From contig JBBTCT010000024.1 of NCBI GenBank assembly GCA_038060895.1, positions 32,001 through 96,000 of the forward strand: a stretch of 64,000 nucleotides of DNA, read 5' to 3'. Under the pieces are notes generated by a model, which saw only the letters and a list, made by a program, of their open reading frames with translations, did no database searches and was not told the origin of the DNA. A program made the position numbers and the translations under genes. This document shows, piece after piece, positions 1 through 9,118 of the stretch; within the stretch, counting starts at the first letter, position 1; every line of letters begins with the position of its first letter. The stretch comes from Planctomycetota bacterium. GTDB taxonomy: Bacteria > Planctomycetota > MHYJ01 > WSZJ01.

Positions 1-95
1 TATAAAGTAGAAAGATGTCGAAGGGAAGGCCTTTCTGCAAAAAAAAGTGGGCGCGGCTTCATCGGCCGCGCCCGCGTGACTCCGTCTCTTCACCC

Positions 96-485
96 TCACT
101 CGCAATGATGCTCTGGCGCCGGCGCAGGCATCCGGTGCCTGTAGATCCCCCAGTAGCAGATCGCGAAAATCCCGAACGCCACCGCGCAGATCCCCAGCGC
201 AACGAGGTAGTAGTGATTCCCCGCACTCCGGGCCGACTCCAGCGACCCCGACATCGCCAGCACGTCGGACGTGGGAAGGTTCTTCAATCCCTCCTGCACC
301 TCAGCTGATCCCGCTCCCGCCTCCGACAGTCGAGCCTGGAGATTCAGCAGCGCCGCCTCCCGGGCCTCTCTCGCTTCCCTGTCGGCCTTCGGCGTCTGCA
401 CCATGTCCGCAAAAGCCGGGTTGCTGAATGCCAGCAAGGACAACAGGGCCAGCGCGGGCAGGAACGCCCGCAGAACGGAATTCAT
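96..485 (-). CDS. PA2779-like small exported/membrane protein
   Basis: Signal peptide (…NPAFA-DMVQT), helical middle, C-terminal hydrophobic helix; start reassigned to ATG at 485; paralog of the adjacent gene. Confidence 0.55.
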   Translation of the reverse strand: MNSVLRAFLPALALLSLLAFSNPAFADMVQTPKADREAREAREAALLNLQARLSEAGAGSAEVQEGLKNLPTSDVLAMSGSLESARSAGNHYYLVALGICAVAFGIFAICYWGIYRHRMPAPAPEHHCE

Positions 486-563
486 GAATGCCTCCTTCCG
501 GGCGCGCCCCCTGGCGAACGTCAACGTCAACCTGGACTCACGGCACTGTAGCGGCCGGGCGCG

Positions 564-965
564 TCACTTCGAAGCGCGTTCTTCCAGAACAGGAACCGGT
601 CCTTCCTCCCGCTCGCCGTGGAAATGCCGTTTGTGCCGCTGCACGCGGGAGATGATCACGATCACGATGATCATGGCGACGAAACTCAGGACCAGGACCA
701 CGATGAGAAGCGCGATGAGCGCATCGTTGGCGCCGTGCAGAAACGCTTCCGGAGCATTCGCGAGAAGCAGAAGTTCGGCGGTCGGCAGGCCGCGCAGGAC
801 CTCCGCGTCGCCGGGAATCCGCAGCGCGGCGCCCTGAAGCGCCGCCTCCCTTTCCTCCGGCCGGGGGCGGGGCGTCGCGATCATCCCTGCGCCGGCGGGC
901 GTCGCGATCAGAAGTTGGACCAGGACCGAAGCGGCGACCAGGAACGCCCGAAGTGATTCACGCAC
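564..965 (-). CDS. PA2779-like small exported/membrane protein
   Basis: GTG start at 965 after a GGGAGG-type RBS; signal peptide (…PAGA-GMIAT), REAAL and LPTAELL motifs shared with 96-485, C-terminal TM helix. Confidence 0.55.
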   Translation of the reverse strand: MRESLRAFLVAASVLVQLLIATPAGAGMIATPRPRPEEREAALQGAALRIPGDAEVLRGLPTAELLLLANAPEAFLHGANDALIALLIVVLVLSFVAMIIVIVIISRVQRHKRHFHGEREEGPVPVLEERASK

Positions 966-1096
966 GGTGTTGTCCCTCCCCCCCCTCCACTCGAATTGTA
1001 GCGGCTCGGGTTGAGAAAGCGCCTCTTGCAAATATGCATACGGAATGCAGATTTACAAGAAGCGACCGCCGACGGCTCTCGTCCTTTTTGCGCGGT

Positions 1097-2671
1097 CTAA
1101 ATTGTGCGGACGTACTTCTCCAGCTCGATCTTCCACACCGGAATCCCGCAGTACCGGTCGCCTTCGGGGCACGACGGCTTGATCCCCGCCATCCATCGCA
1201 GGCCGCACGGCGGAAGCAGGTACTTGCCGATCCGCGGGTTGGCAATCTTGATCTGCTCGGCTTCGTCCTTCGAAGCGCGCCAGATTTCTTCCTGCGCGTT
1301 GTAGCAGAGGCGCGCCTTGAGCTTGTGGTGCAGGTTCAGGAGATCGCTCGACTCGCTGAAGCGGACCGCGACGGCGTTCGGGAGAACGTAGGACGCGTAC
1401 TCCGCGGGGACGCCCATCGCCTTGAGCTTCGCGAACGCGTCCCACGCCCGCGCCATGGCTTCGTCGAAGAGCCGCTTGCCGTCGTCGCTCAGCTTCACGA
1501 GCTCCGGCGCGACGAAATCCGGCTCGTCGTGCAGGTGCGTCAGCAGCACGGGCCGCGAAGCGGGCGTCATCCGGTGGCGCTGGTCCTGCGAATCCGCCGT
1601 GTGCGAGAGCTTCTTCTTGAACGTGAAGTTCGGGTGGTGAAGCGTCCGCGACAGGTGCGACAGCGTCGTCACGTTCATCGACTCGCCGAAAAACCGGTTC
1701 GACTTCGGGTCGAGCGCCACGCGGATCGCCTCGTCGTCCGACATCCGCGATTCCGGAAGCCCGAAAACCTCTCGCACCGCGTCCGCAAGCCCCTTCTCGT
1801 TGTCCGACTTCCACCCCGTCAGCACGCTCGTCCGCCCTCCCAGCTTCGCGTCGAACTCGGCGCAGAATTCTTTCGCCGACGGACGGAAGCGCTGCTGGAT
1901 CCCGGTCTCGGGCAGTTCCGCCTCGGGGATCGGCTCTTCCAGGATCACCTTGAAGAGCGGGTCGGCGCGCAGCAACTCCTCGACCATCAGCCGCACCAGC
2001 TCCTTCGTTTCCGCCGGCGTGTCAGGCTGCTCGCACATCCGCCAGTACCGCAGGAGCGTGAGCCCGGACACCGTGTGATACATGTACGCGAAGATCGAAA
2101 CCGGCAGCACGTACCGCGCGATCTCCTGCGCCTTCTTTTTGACTTCCTTGTCGTACTTCCGATTCGTCCGGCGGCCATTGAAGCGCTTGTAGTACTCCTC
2201 GCCGGTGACGGGCATCAGCACGTCGATCAGCTTCTGGTAGCACCGCACCTGCGCGTCGCACGTCTCGGTGTAGAGCTTCAGCGCTTCGCCCGAAAGCGGC
2301 GGCACCGCGTAGCTCCCCTGCTTCACTTCGACGTACCGCTGGCTCACCTGCTCCGAGTTGTAAAACGGGTGCGAGTGGAGGAACGCCCAGATGCAGTGCC
2401 GCGACACGCGGTCGAGCGCGAACTGGAAATGCGCGTGCTGAAGCGTCGTGTGGTGCCCGGCCTCGTAGATCGACTTCGCGAGCGAATCCCGGCGCTCCGC
2501 CTTCTCCGCCTTCTTGACCTCGGACTTCTCCTTGTCCCCGCCGACTTCCTCCGCCGAAATGATTCCCTTCGACGAATAGCAGGTCCGCGCCGTGGCCACC
2601 GCGTTTTCGAACGGGCGTTCGAACGCGTTGACGAGGCGCACGACGGGGGGGCCGCTTAGAAAGACAGTCAT
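1097..2671 (-). CDS. thyX: FAD-dependent thymidylate synthase with tandemly duplicated ThyX domain
   Basis: ARTCYS, GHHTTLQH, SEQVSQRYV, EIARYVLP in domain 1; QDQRHR, YVLPN, RLCYNAQEEI in domain 2; 524 aa is about two ThyX units. Confidence 0.85.
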   Translation of the reverse strand: MTVFLSGPPVVRLVNAFERPFENAVATARTCYSSKGIISAEEVGGDKEKSEVKKAEKAERRDSLAKSIYEAGHHTTLQHAHFQFALDRVSRHCIWAFLHSHPFYNSEQVSQRYVEVKQGSYAVPPLSGEALKLYTETCDAQVRCYQKLIDVLMPVTGEEYYKRFNGRRTNRKYDKEVKKKAQEIARYVLPVSIFAYMYHTVSGLTLLRYWRMCEQPDTPAETKELVRLMVEELLRADPLFKVILEEPIPEAELPETGIQQRFRPSAKEFCAEFDAKLGGRTSVLTGWKSDNEKGLADAVREVFGLPESRMSDDEAIRVALDPKSNRFFGESMNVTTLSHLSRTLHHPNFTFKKKLSHTADSQDQRHRMTPASRPVLLTHLHDEPDFVAPELVKLSDDGKRLFDEAMARAWDAFAKLKAMGVPAEYASYVLPNAVAVRFSESSDLLNLHHKLKARLCYNAQEEIWRASKDEAEQIKIANPRIGKYLLPPCGLRWMAGIKPSCPEGDRYCGIPVWKIELEKYVRTI

Positions 2672-2814
2672 GAGTGTTGAGGATTGAGGGTTGAGGAACG
2701 GCGACCTGCGAGGCGGTGTTAGGGAAAAGTTTATGCCTGCGCCGGAAGATGCGGAAGGGAATTCAGCGAAGGTCGAACTGCGGCTAGCGGCGCGCGTTTG
2801 CAGGACGGGAGGAT

Positions 2815-4209
2815 GTGCGCGTGGCGAAACCAGTCGGGCTGCTGGTGGCAGGAATGGTGCTGACGATTGTCATCGCCGTGCAACTGCGTCGACGTGTCGA
2901 GCTGCCGCAAGCGAATGATGGAGCGTCGGGAGAATTCGGATCCGTGCCGGGGCCGACGCTTCCGATGGCGGCGGAAAATCTGAGTGAATGCAAGAGGGCG
3001 ACCAATCCGCTGCCAGGTGAAGCGGCGGAAGAGCGGTGCTCGGTCGATCTCCACGTCATGGACGAGGATGGAGCACACGTTGTGAACGCCCGCCTCACAG
3101 TGTTCCCGCATTCTTCGTCAATCGTCGATGGTGACAAGATCGAGCGCTCCGGGATTCCACTCGCGTGCGGGGTTTCGGGCAACCTGGGCGAGTTCAAGTT
3201 TGAGCTTTACCCTGACGATTACAAGGCGAGCGCATCGCGGGCCGGTTCGGGGCCCGTGGAGTGCGGAAGCTTCGAGTTCACCATTTCGCCCGGAGAAAGA
3301 TCGCGGAACCTGGTTCTCCGCGTCCCTTACCGCTGGATCGACGGTGAAGCCCTCGACGCCCTGGGCACTCCGCTTCCCGGCGCGCACATCCTGCTTCACC
3401 AGCCGGACATTGGCGGGAAGTACCCCGAAGCAACGGCCTCCGGACCGGACGGGAAGTTCACGATGTGGTGCAGTACCGAGTTCCCGGCGCTCCTGAAGTT
3501 GAACGGAAAGTTTGACGGTCGCGCCTCGGGAGACGCGGCGCTGCCCTGGACTTCCGAAGGGATTTCGGACGTCCTCGAGCTTCCGGCCGGCGCGCGTCAC
3601 GCCGTGCTGCGGGCGAAGTCGCTCGACGCCGGCGGCCGGACGACGTTCATGGTCGCGGACGACTCCGGGCTCGCACGGCCGTGGGTGGAAGTCTTCTTCC
3701 GCGGCGATCCGCCGCGCTGCCTGAGGACCGGCGATGACGGCTGCGTGACGATGGACCGCGTGCCGCGCGGCGAATTCGTGGTCGGCGCACGCTTCCCGCA
3801 CGACGACGGGCGCGCCGATGTCTGGGTACTCCCCGAGCGGATCGCGGCGGTCGGCGACGGGCGCACCGTTCTCATTCGCGCGCAGCGCGGCGTCCCGGCC
3901 CGCGGGAAAGTCGTCGGGCCGGAGGGCCAGCCGCTTTTCGGCGCAGACATCCGCCGGGTTGGGGACGGCGAATACCCCAGGGTGCGAACGACGACACGGG
4001 AGGACGGAACCTTCACTTTGTTGTTCCCCCCGGACGTGAAGGAAGTGATTCAGTTCCAGGTGACGTACGAGCCCCCCGCCACGGGAAGCGAGCCGGCGCC
4101 GCATCATGCCTGGATCGGCTGCGTCGTGGGCATCGCGCCCGGGGACACCCCTGTTGAAATCGTGCTGAGTCCCGAAGAGGAAGCAGTCGCCGACCGAACG
4201 GACCGATGA
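2815..4209 (+). CDS. Membrane-anchored carboxypeptidase-regulatory-like (beta-sandwich repeat) protein
   Basis: N-terminal TM; repeated motifs such as GEALDALGTPLPGA, GKVVGPEGQPLFGA, TTREDGTF. Confidence 0.6.
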   Translation: MRVAKPVGLLVAGMVLTIVIAVQLRRRVELPQANDGASGEFGSVPGPTLPMAAENLSECKRATNPLPGEAAEERCSVDLHVMDEDGAHVVNARLTVFPHSSSIVDGDKIERSGIPLACGVSGNLGEFKFELYPDDYKASASRAGSGPVECGSFEFTISPGERSRNLVLRVPYRWIDGEALDALGTPLPGAHILLHQPDIGGKYPEATASGPDGKFTMWCSTEFPALLKLNGKFDGRASGDAALPWTSEGISDVLELPAGARHAVLRAKSLDAGGRTTFMVADDSGLARPWVEVFFRGDPPRCLRTGDDGCVTMDRVPRGEFVVGARFPHDDGRADVWVLPERIAAVGDGRTVLIRAQRGVPARGKVVGPEGQPLFGADIRRVGDGEYPRVRTTTREDGTFTLLFPPDVKEVIQFQVTYEPPATGSEPAPHHAWIGCVVGIAPGDTPVEIVLSPEEEAVADRTDR

Positions 4210-4242
4210 TTCGCCTCCGATGAAGCTGCGCGGTCGTGCCTG

Positions 4243-5835
4243 CTACTTCCCTTTCTTGAATTCCTCCGGCCACTTGTGCTCCGCCCGTCCCATGATCTCC
4301 TCGACGACCTTCCCGGCCGCTTCCGCAGCTTCCTTCTTTCCGTCCTTCTTCGCGGTCTCGATGATCTCGCGGATCTCGGGGATGAACTCCGTGTACCAGC
4401 GCTCCGCGACCTCGAACATGCCGTGCCAGTGGGTGTAGTCGGGGGCCATCATCGAAGCGCCGTGGCGGGCGCGGCGGCCTTCGTGGTGCCAGATGAGGTA
4501 CCAGGACCACTCGACTTTTTCGTCGAAGTCCTTCTCGCTGAGCAGTCCGTTCTTCTTCATGGCCGCCATGATCGCCAGCCCCGGCTTGCCGAACTTCTCG
4601 TTGTAGAGGCGGACGAGGTCGTCGTACTGCTTGTAGAAGTTGTTCACGTAGTCGGGCGAATGGCAGTGCATGCAGGTGTCGGTCATGCGCTGCCGCTTCT
4701 GCTGCCAGGTGTCGACGATGAGCCCGCGGCGCTTCTCCGGGTCCGCTTCCTTCACGACGCCGTGCTGCGCGTCCGTATCCATGACGAGGCTGACGGGCGG
4801 GCGGTTGGTCCAGCTGATGCGCTCGCCGGGATCGTGCGTCGTCTTGCCGCCGTTGCGCATGTTGCCGCTCATGTGGCAGGTTGCGCAGGTCGGCGCGGCG
4901 CTGTAGTCCTTGCCGAGCACCCAGTCCTTCGCGTCCAGGTTCATCTTGTCGCGCAGGTCGCGGTACGCCACGCCGTGCTTCGACTCGTTGTAGATCTCCT
5001 CCTGCGGGTGGTCGGGGCCCAGGTGGCACTTGCCGCAGTTCTCCGGTTGCCGCGCGCGCCGCGGGCTGAAGTCGTGCCGGCTGTGGCACGCCGCGCAGGA
5101 GCCCAGCGAGCCGTCGAGGTTGATGCGCCCGATCCCCGTGTTCGGCCAGGTCTTCGAGTCCAGCATCGGCTTGCCCTTGGCATCCCTGGCCACGCGGCCG
5201 AGCGCCTCGGCGTTCGTCGGCTTTCCGTCGCTCCCCGGCTTCAGGTCGAGGTTCGTCACCGGCTTGCCGTCTTTGTCGAGAAGCGCCACCCGGCCGCCGT
5301 GGCACTGCTGGCAGCCGGAGTTCACGCTGGCCAGGCCGTTCACCTGCGCGGCCATCTCACGCCCGAGCGTCGGAGAGTGCGGGTTGAACGGCTCCCGCGA
5401 ACCTTCCACCGTCTCCGCCAGCAGGTTGTCCAGCGACGCCAGGATGTTCGCCGCCTTCGCATGGTGGCTGTGCGCGAACTCCTCCCCCTCCGTCACGTGG
5501 CACCGCGAGCAGTCCATCGGCGTCACCACCGTCGCAATCGTCTGCCCGTAGTGGCTGAACGCGTCCGCCTCCCCCTGCTGCGCCTGGTGACATTCGAAAC
5601 ACGCCACGCCCTTCTCCGCGTGCGTGCTTCCCTTCCAGTGCGCCACGATCCCAGGCGAGTTCTCCGCGTGGCAGTCCACGCACCCCTTCGACGACGCCGG
5701 CACCGCCACGTGCGCCGCCGACAGCCCCGCCTCCTCCCGCTTGCGCGTCACCTCCATCCACTGGACGAAGACGAGGCTCGTCAGGAAGAGCAACCCGAGG
5801 ATGAAGATGATCCGGCGTTTGGCTTCGAGGCTCAT
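4243..5835 (-). CDS. Octaheme cytochrome c, hydroxylamine oxidoreductase (HAO)-like
   Basis: Eight CxxCH motifs (CVDCH, CFECH, CSRCH, CQQCH, CAACH, CGKCH, CATCH, CMHCH); CHLGPDHPQEEIYNESKHG and MAPDYTHWHG segments; N-terminal membrane anchor. Confidence 0.85.
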   Translation of the reverse strand: MSLEAKRRIIFILGLLFLTSLVFVQWMEVTRKREEAGLSAAHVAVPASSKGCVDCHAENSPGIVAHWKGSTHAEKGVACFECHQAQQGEADAFSHYGQTIATVVTPMDCSRCHVTEGEEFAHSHHAKAANILASLDNLLAETVEGSREPFNPHSPTLGREMAAQVNGLASVNSGCQQCHGGRVALLDKDGKPVTNLDLKPGSDGKPTNAEALGRVARDAKGKPMLDSKTWPNTGIGRINLDGSLGSCAACHSRHDFSPRRARQPENCGKCHLGPDHPQEEIYNESKHGVAYRDLRDKMNLDAKDWVLGKDYSAAPTCATCHMSGNMRNGGKTTHDPGERISWTNRPPVSLVMDTDAQHGVVKEADPEKRRGLIVDTWQQKRQRMTDTCMHCHSPDYVNNFYKQYDDLVRLYNEKFGKPGLAIMAAMKKNGLLSEKDFDEKVEWSWYLIWHHEGRRARHGASMMAPDYTHWHGMFEVAERWYTEFIPEIREIIETAKKDGKKEAAEAAGKVVEEIMGRAEHKWPEEFKKGK

Positions 5836-5844
5836 GGTGGGTTC

Positions 5845-6894
5845 CTAATGGGCTACGGCCGCTTCCCAGACGGTCAGCCCGATGATGGCGAGCACGGCGA
5901 GAATCCCGATGGCGACAGAGGCTTCCTGGAACTTCGACTTCCTGCGAATCCAGCCGTCGATGAAGGGCCAGATGAACATGGTGAAGGCGATGAAGCCGGA
6001 AGAGAGGATAGCGAAGGTGCCGGAGAAGAGCTTGAGCCAGCGGAAGGTGACGTAGAAGAACCACTCCGGCTTGATGACTTCGGGAGTGGAGAGCGGGTCG
6101 GCACGCGGGCCTAGCGTCGCAGGAAGGATCGTGGCCAGCGCCGAGAGGACGATCATGAGGACGAGACCGATGGAGAGCTCGGTGTAGAGGTGGTCGGGAA
6201 AAAATGGAAAGTGCTTCGGCTTGTCGGCGGGTTCGTCCTTGAACTGGAACTCCGTGACGCCCTGGAGGCGGATGAGGGCGATGTGGACGACGATCAGGCC
6301 GACCATGAGCGCCGGGAGAATGGCGGCGTGCACGATGAACAGGCGCGAGAGCGTGCGCTCGTTGTAGGCCTCGCCGCCGAGCATCATGTCGCGCATGAAG
6401 GGGCCGACGACGGGGACGCTTCCGCTGATGTTGGCGCCGACGGTCGTGCCCCAGTAGCTGAGCTGTTCGTAGACGAGGGAGTAACCGGTGAAGCCGGCCA
6501 TGAGCGTGCAGACGAGCAGGCACATCCCGATCATCCAGTTGATTTCGCGGGGCTTGCGGTAGGCGCCCGTGAAGAAGACGCGCATCTGGTGCAGGATTAC
6601 CGCGGCGATCATCAGCGTCGCGCCCCACTTGTGGACGCTTCGGAAATACCACCCGTACGCCGCCGTGTCCGTGATGTACTGCACCGACCCGTACGCCGTG
6701 CGCGGCGACGGCTCGTAGTAGAACGCGAGCAGGATCCCCGTCACGATCTGCACCACGAACAGGTACGCCGGCGTCCCGCCGAGCGCAAACCACCAGCGCT
6801 TCAGATGATTCGGCACCGGCTCATTCGACAGCTCCGCCAGCTGGTCGCCGTCAACCGGGATGCGTTCCTTCAGCCAGGCGATCGGGGAAATCAC
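5845..6894 (-). CDS. Cytochrome b of a Rieske/cytochrome b complex (b6-like domain fused to subunit IV)
   Basis: Four heme-b His ligands (SVHKW…ILHQ; IVHAA…VVHI), PREINW, FTGYSL, Qo motif PEWF. Confidence 0.92.
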   Translation of the reverse strand: MISPIAWLKERIPVDGDQLAELSNEPVPNHLKRWWFALGGTPAYLFVVQIVTGILLAFYYEPSPRTAYGSVQYITDTAAYGWYFRSVHKWGATLMIAAVILHQMRVFFTGAYRKPREINWMIGMCLLVCTLMAGFTGYSLVYEQLSYWGTTVGANISGSVPVVGPFMRDMMLGGEAYNERTLSRLFIVHAAILPALMVGLIVVHIALIRLQGVTEFQFKDEPADKPKHFPFFPDHLYTELSIGLVLMIVLSALATILPATLGPRADPLSTPEVIKPEWFFYVTFRWLKLFSGTFAILSSGFIAFTMFIWPFIDGWIRRKSKFQEASVAIGILAVLAIIGLTVWEAAVAH

Positions 6895-7592
6895 GCTTCC
6901 TCCGGGCCGGGCAGTCCTTCAAGGGGGACCTCGATGTAGAGGAGGCCGCCGTCGATGCGAAGCGGATACCGGCCGAGCGACTGGCCGGCTTCTTTCGGGG
7001 GCCCGGCGGTGGCCTTGCCGGACGGGTCGAACGCGCCGTTGTGGCAGGGGCAGAAGAAGCGCTGGTTCTGGCCTTCCCAGTGGACCTTGCACCCGAGGTG
7101 GGGGCAGGTGCTGGAGAGCGCGATGAAGTCGCCGACCTGTCCGGTCAGTCCCTGGCGCGCGACGGCGATGGTCGCGCCGTCGGGGGCGGTGTACGTGAGC
7201 GAAGCGCCCGGTTTCATGGCGGCGACTTCGATGACGAAGAGCCAGCCTTTCAGGGGCGGATGCGCCGGGTACAGGAATCGGCCGGCCATCGCGGCGAAGA
7301 CGCCGTAGCTTCCGACCAGGCCGGCGCCCATAGCGATCGACGAAGCGCGGGAAAGGAAACTGCGCCGGTCGATCGCCTCGGGCAGGGCTGGCGGTTCGGC
7401 TTCGGCGACGGGCTCGGGAGCGTTCCAGGCAGGGGCGGGCTCAGGGTCGGCTTGATTCGCGGGTGCGGGCGCAGGAATTTCGGCCGGGGGCGCGGAATCT
7501 CCCACGAGCCAGTTGTCCGGCGCGGGCTCGCCGGCCGGCGAGGACGGTGGAGGCGTCGGCTGACCGTCTTCCTGCGGAGTCTCTTCGCTCAT
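6891..7592 (-). CDS. Rieske [2Fe-2S] subunit, Tat-exported, with acidic Pro-rich N-terminal extension
   Basis: RRSFL Tat motif plus TM helix; CPHLGC and CPCH boxes; 4-nt overlap with the cytochrome b start. Confidence 0.92.
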   Translation of the reverse strand: MSEETPQEDGQPTPPPSSPAGEPAPDNWLVGDSAPPAEIPAPAPANQADPEPAPAWNAPEPVAEAEPPALPEAIDRRSFLSRASSIAMGAGLVGSYGVFAAMAGRFLYPAHPPLKGWLFVIEVAAMKPGASLTYTAPDGATIAVARQGLTGQVGDFIALSSTCPHLGCKVHWEGQNQRFFCPCHNGAFDPSGKATAGPPKEAGQSLGRYPLRIDGGLLYIEVPLEGLPGPEEA

Positions 7593-7793
7593 CCGCTCCC
7601 TCAAAGATGCATTCCCGGTGTGGGGAACATCGTCCCCTTGCGGGAGTATGGGCAGCCCGCGACGATTCCATCAAATCCTCTGCAGAATCCAGGCCACGTA
7701 TTCCGGCCCAGTTCCGTGCGGAAGACGTTTCACAACTCATGCGGCCAGCGCGAAATCCCGCTTCACAGTGTATTTCTCCGCATTTTGCAGTTA

Positions 7794-8930
7794 CTACCTT
7801 CCCTTCATCCGCGCTTCCACGCCGAGAATCCGCTTCGCCTGCTTCGCGCCGGCCTTCATCAGCGCGGCGACGACTTCGTCGCGACGTTTGTAGAGCCGCT
7901 TCAGTTTGCGCGGCTTGTGGCGCGTGAGCATGTACTGGGCAAGAAGAGGGGCGGCGATCGTCGAGTCGGTGTAGCAGACGATGGAGTCGGGGAGTTTGTC
8001 GGGGTCGACCTTGCCCCAGGTCACGGCCTCTCCGGGCGTCGCGCCCGACAGGCCGCCGGTGTCGGCGCGCGCGTCGGTGATCTGGATGAAGAAATCGTGG
8101 CCGCGCTCGTTCACGTAGAGGATTTCCTGGATGAAGGGCTCCGTCTGGAGCATGTAGTTCTTCGGAGTGCCGCCGCCGAGGATGAGGACGGCCGACCGGC
8201 CGCCGCGGACCTTGGCGTCGTAGATATAGGCCGCGCTCTCGAAGATGTCGCGGTTCATGTCGAGCTTGAGCGAGGAGCCCGTGAGCGCGGCGGCGGCGAC
8301 GTTCATGCCGATCGTGCCGTCGCCGGGGGCGGGCGTGAAGATCGGGACGTCGGCGCGGTAGCACGCGGCGAGCAGCGACCGCTCTTTCAGCTTCAGCTTG
8401 CGCTCCGTCTCCGCGACGTACTTCCCGAGCCGCCAGTGCAGCTCCGTCGTCCCCATCTCCTTCTGGAACTCGGGCTGCCGGCAGACGCTGCGCACGTACG
8501 CATCGCTGTCGAGCAGCACGTCCTGGTCGAAAACGATGTCGTAGATCCGGATGAGCTTCCTGTCGCGCAGGTCCACGTCGTCCACGAACGGCGAGCTCTC
8601 GAAGAGGTCGTAGCCGATGCCGAAGTGGATGTCGTGATACAGGTTGGCGCCGGTGGAAATGATGTAGTCCACGAAACCGGCCTTCACGAGCGGGATGAGC
8701 ACCCCCGCGCCGAGTCCCGCCGGCGTCAGTGCGCCGCTGAGCGAAATCCCCACCGTGACGTCGGGATCCAGCGCCTTCCTGACCATCAGCTGCGCCGCTT
8801 CTTTCAGGCGCGCCGAGTTGTAAGCAAGAAAGTATCCGTCCAGCAGGTCCGCCGCGCCCATCCCGCCCTTCATGCCGGGGGGGTCAATCTTGCGCTTCTT
8901 GTACGGGCCCAGGCCTTTGAATTTCGACAT
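7794..8930 (-). CDS. Deoxyhypusine synthase-like protein / homospermidine synthase
   Basis: SGALTPAG, STGANLYHD, GGGTPKN, TGGLSGATPGEAVTWGK (catalytic Lys retained). Confidence 0.88.
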   Translation of the reverse strand: MSKFKGLGPYKKRKIDPPGMKGGMGAADLLDGYFLAYNSARLKEAAQLMVRKALDPDVTVGISLSGALTPAGLGAGVLIPLVKAGFVDYIISTGANLYHDIHFGIGYDLFESSPFVDDVDLRDRKLIRIYDIVFDQDVLLDSDAYVRSVCRQPEFQKEMGTTELHWRLGKYVAETERKLKLKERSLLAACYRADVPIFTPAPGDGTIGMNVAAAALTGSSLKLDMNRDIFESAAYIYDAKVRGGRSAVLILGGGTPKNYMLQTEPFIQEILYVNERGHDFFIQITDARADTGGLSGATPGEAVTWGKVDPDKLPDSIVCYTDSTIAAPLLAQYMLTRHKPRKLKRLYKRRDEVVAALMKAGAKQAKRILGVEARMKGR

Positions 8931-8994
8931 GGAGCGTCCTCACCAGTTCGGGGGAGGGCGTATTCTGCGGGAAGAACGCGATGCGTAAAGGAAT

Positions 8995-9107
8995 GCTGGC
9001 GGAGGCGGGCGGAGGCTAAAGACGAGTGCAAGAAGCTGCGGCATCGATTCAAACCACGCGAGAACCCGATCCGTTCGGAATCCGCAGCCTCTGCAGCCTC
9101 CGCCAGC
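8995..9107. repeat. Intergenic imperfect palindrome of GGAGGCnGC-type 9-10 nt units
   Basis: GCTGGCGGAGGCGGGCGGAGGC … GCAGCCTCTGCAGCCTCCGCCAGC; related half-element at 53566-53596. Confidence 0.6.
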
Positions 9108-9118
9108 CTCCCGTTCCC

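Noticed and set aside
4243-5835. HAO-like gene as evidence of aerobic ammonia oxidation or anammox
   Set aside because: No amo, cycAB or hzs genes in the window; HAO-like octahemes are widespread and often reductive
7660-7780. Possible Rex or FNR sites upstream of the Rieske operon (TTGTGAA and TTGAT half-sites on the minus strand)
   Set aside because: The second half-sites match poorly, so no operator can be supported
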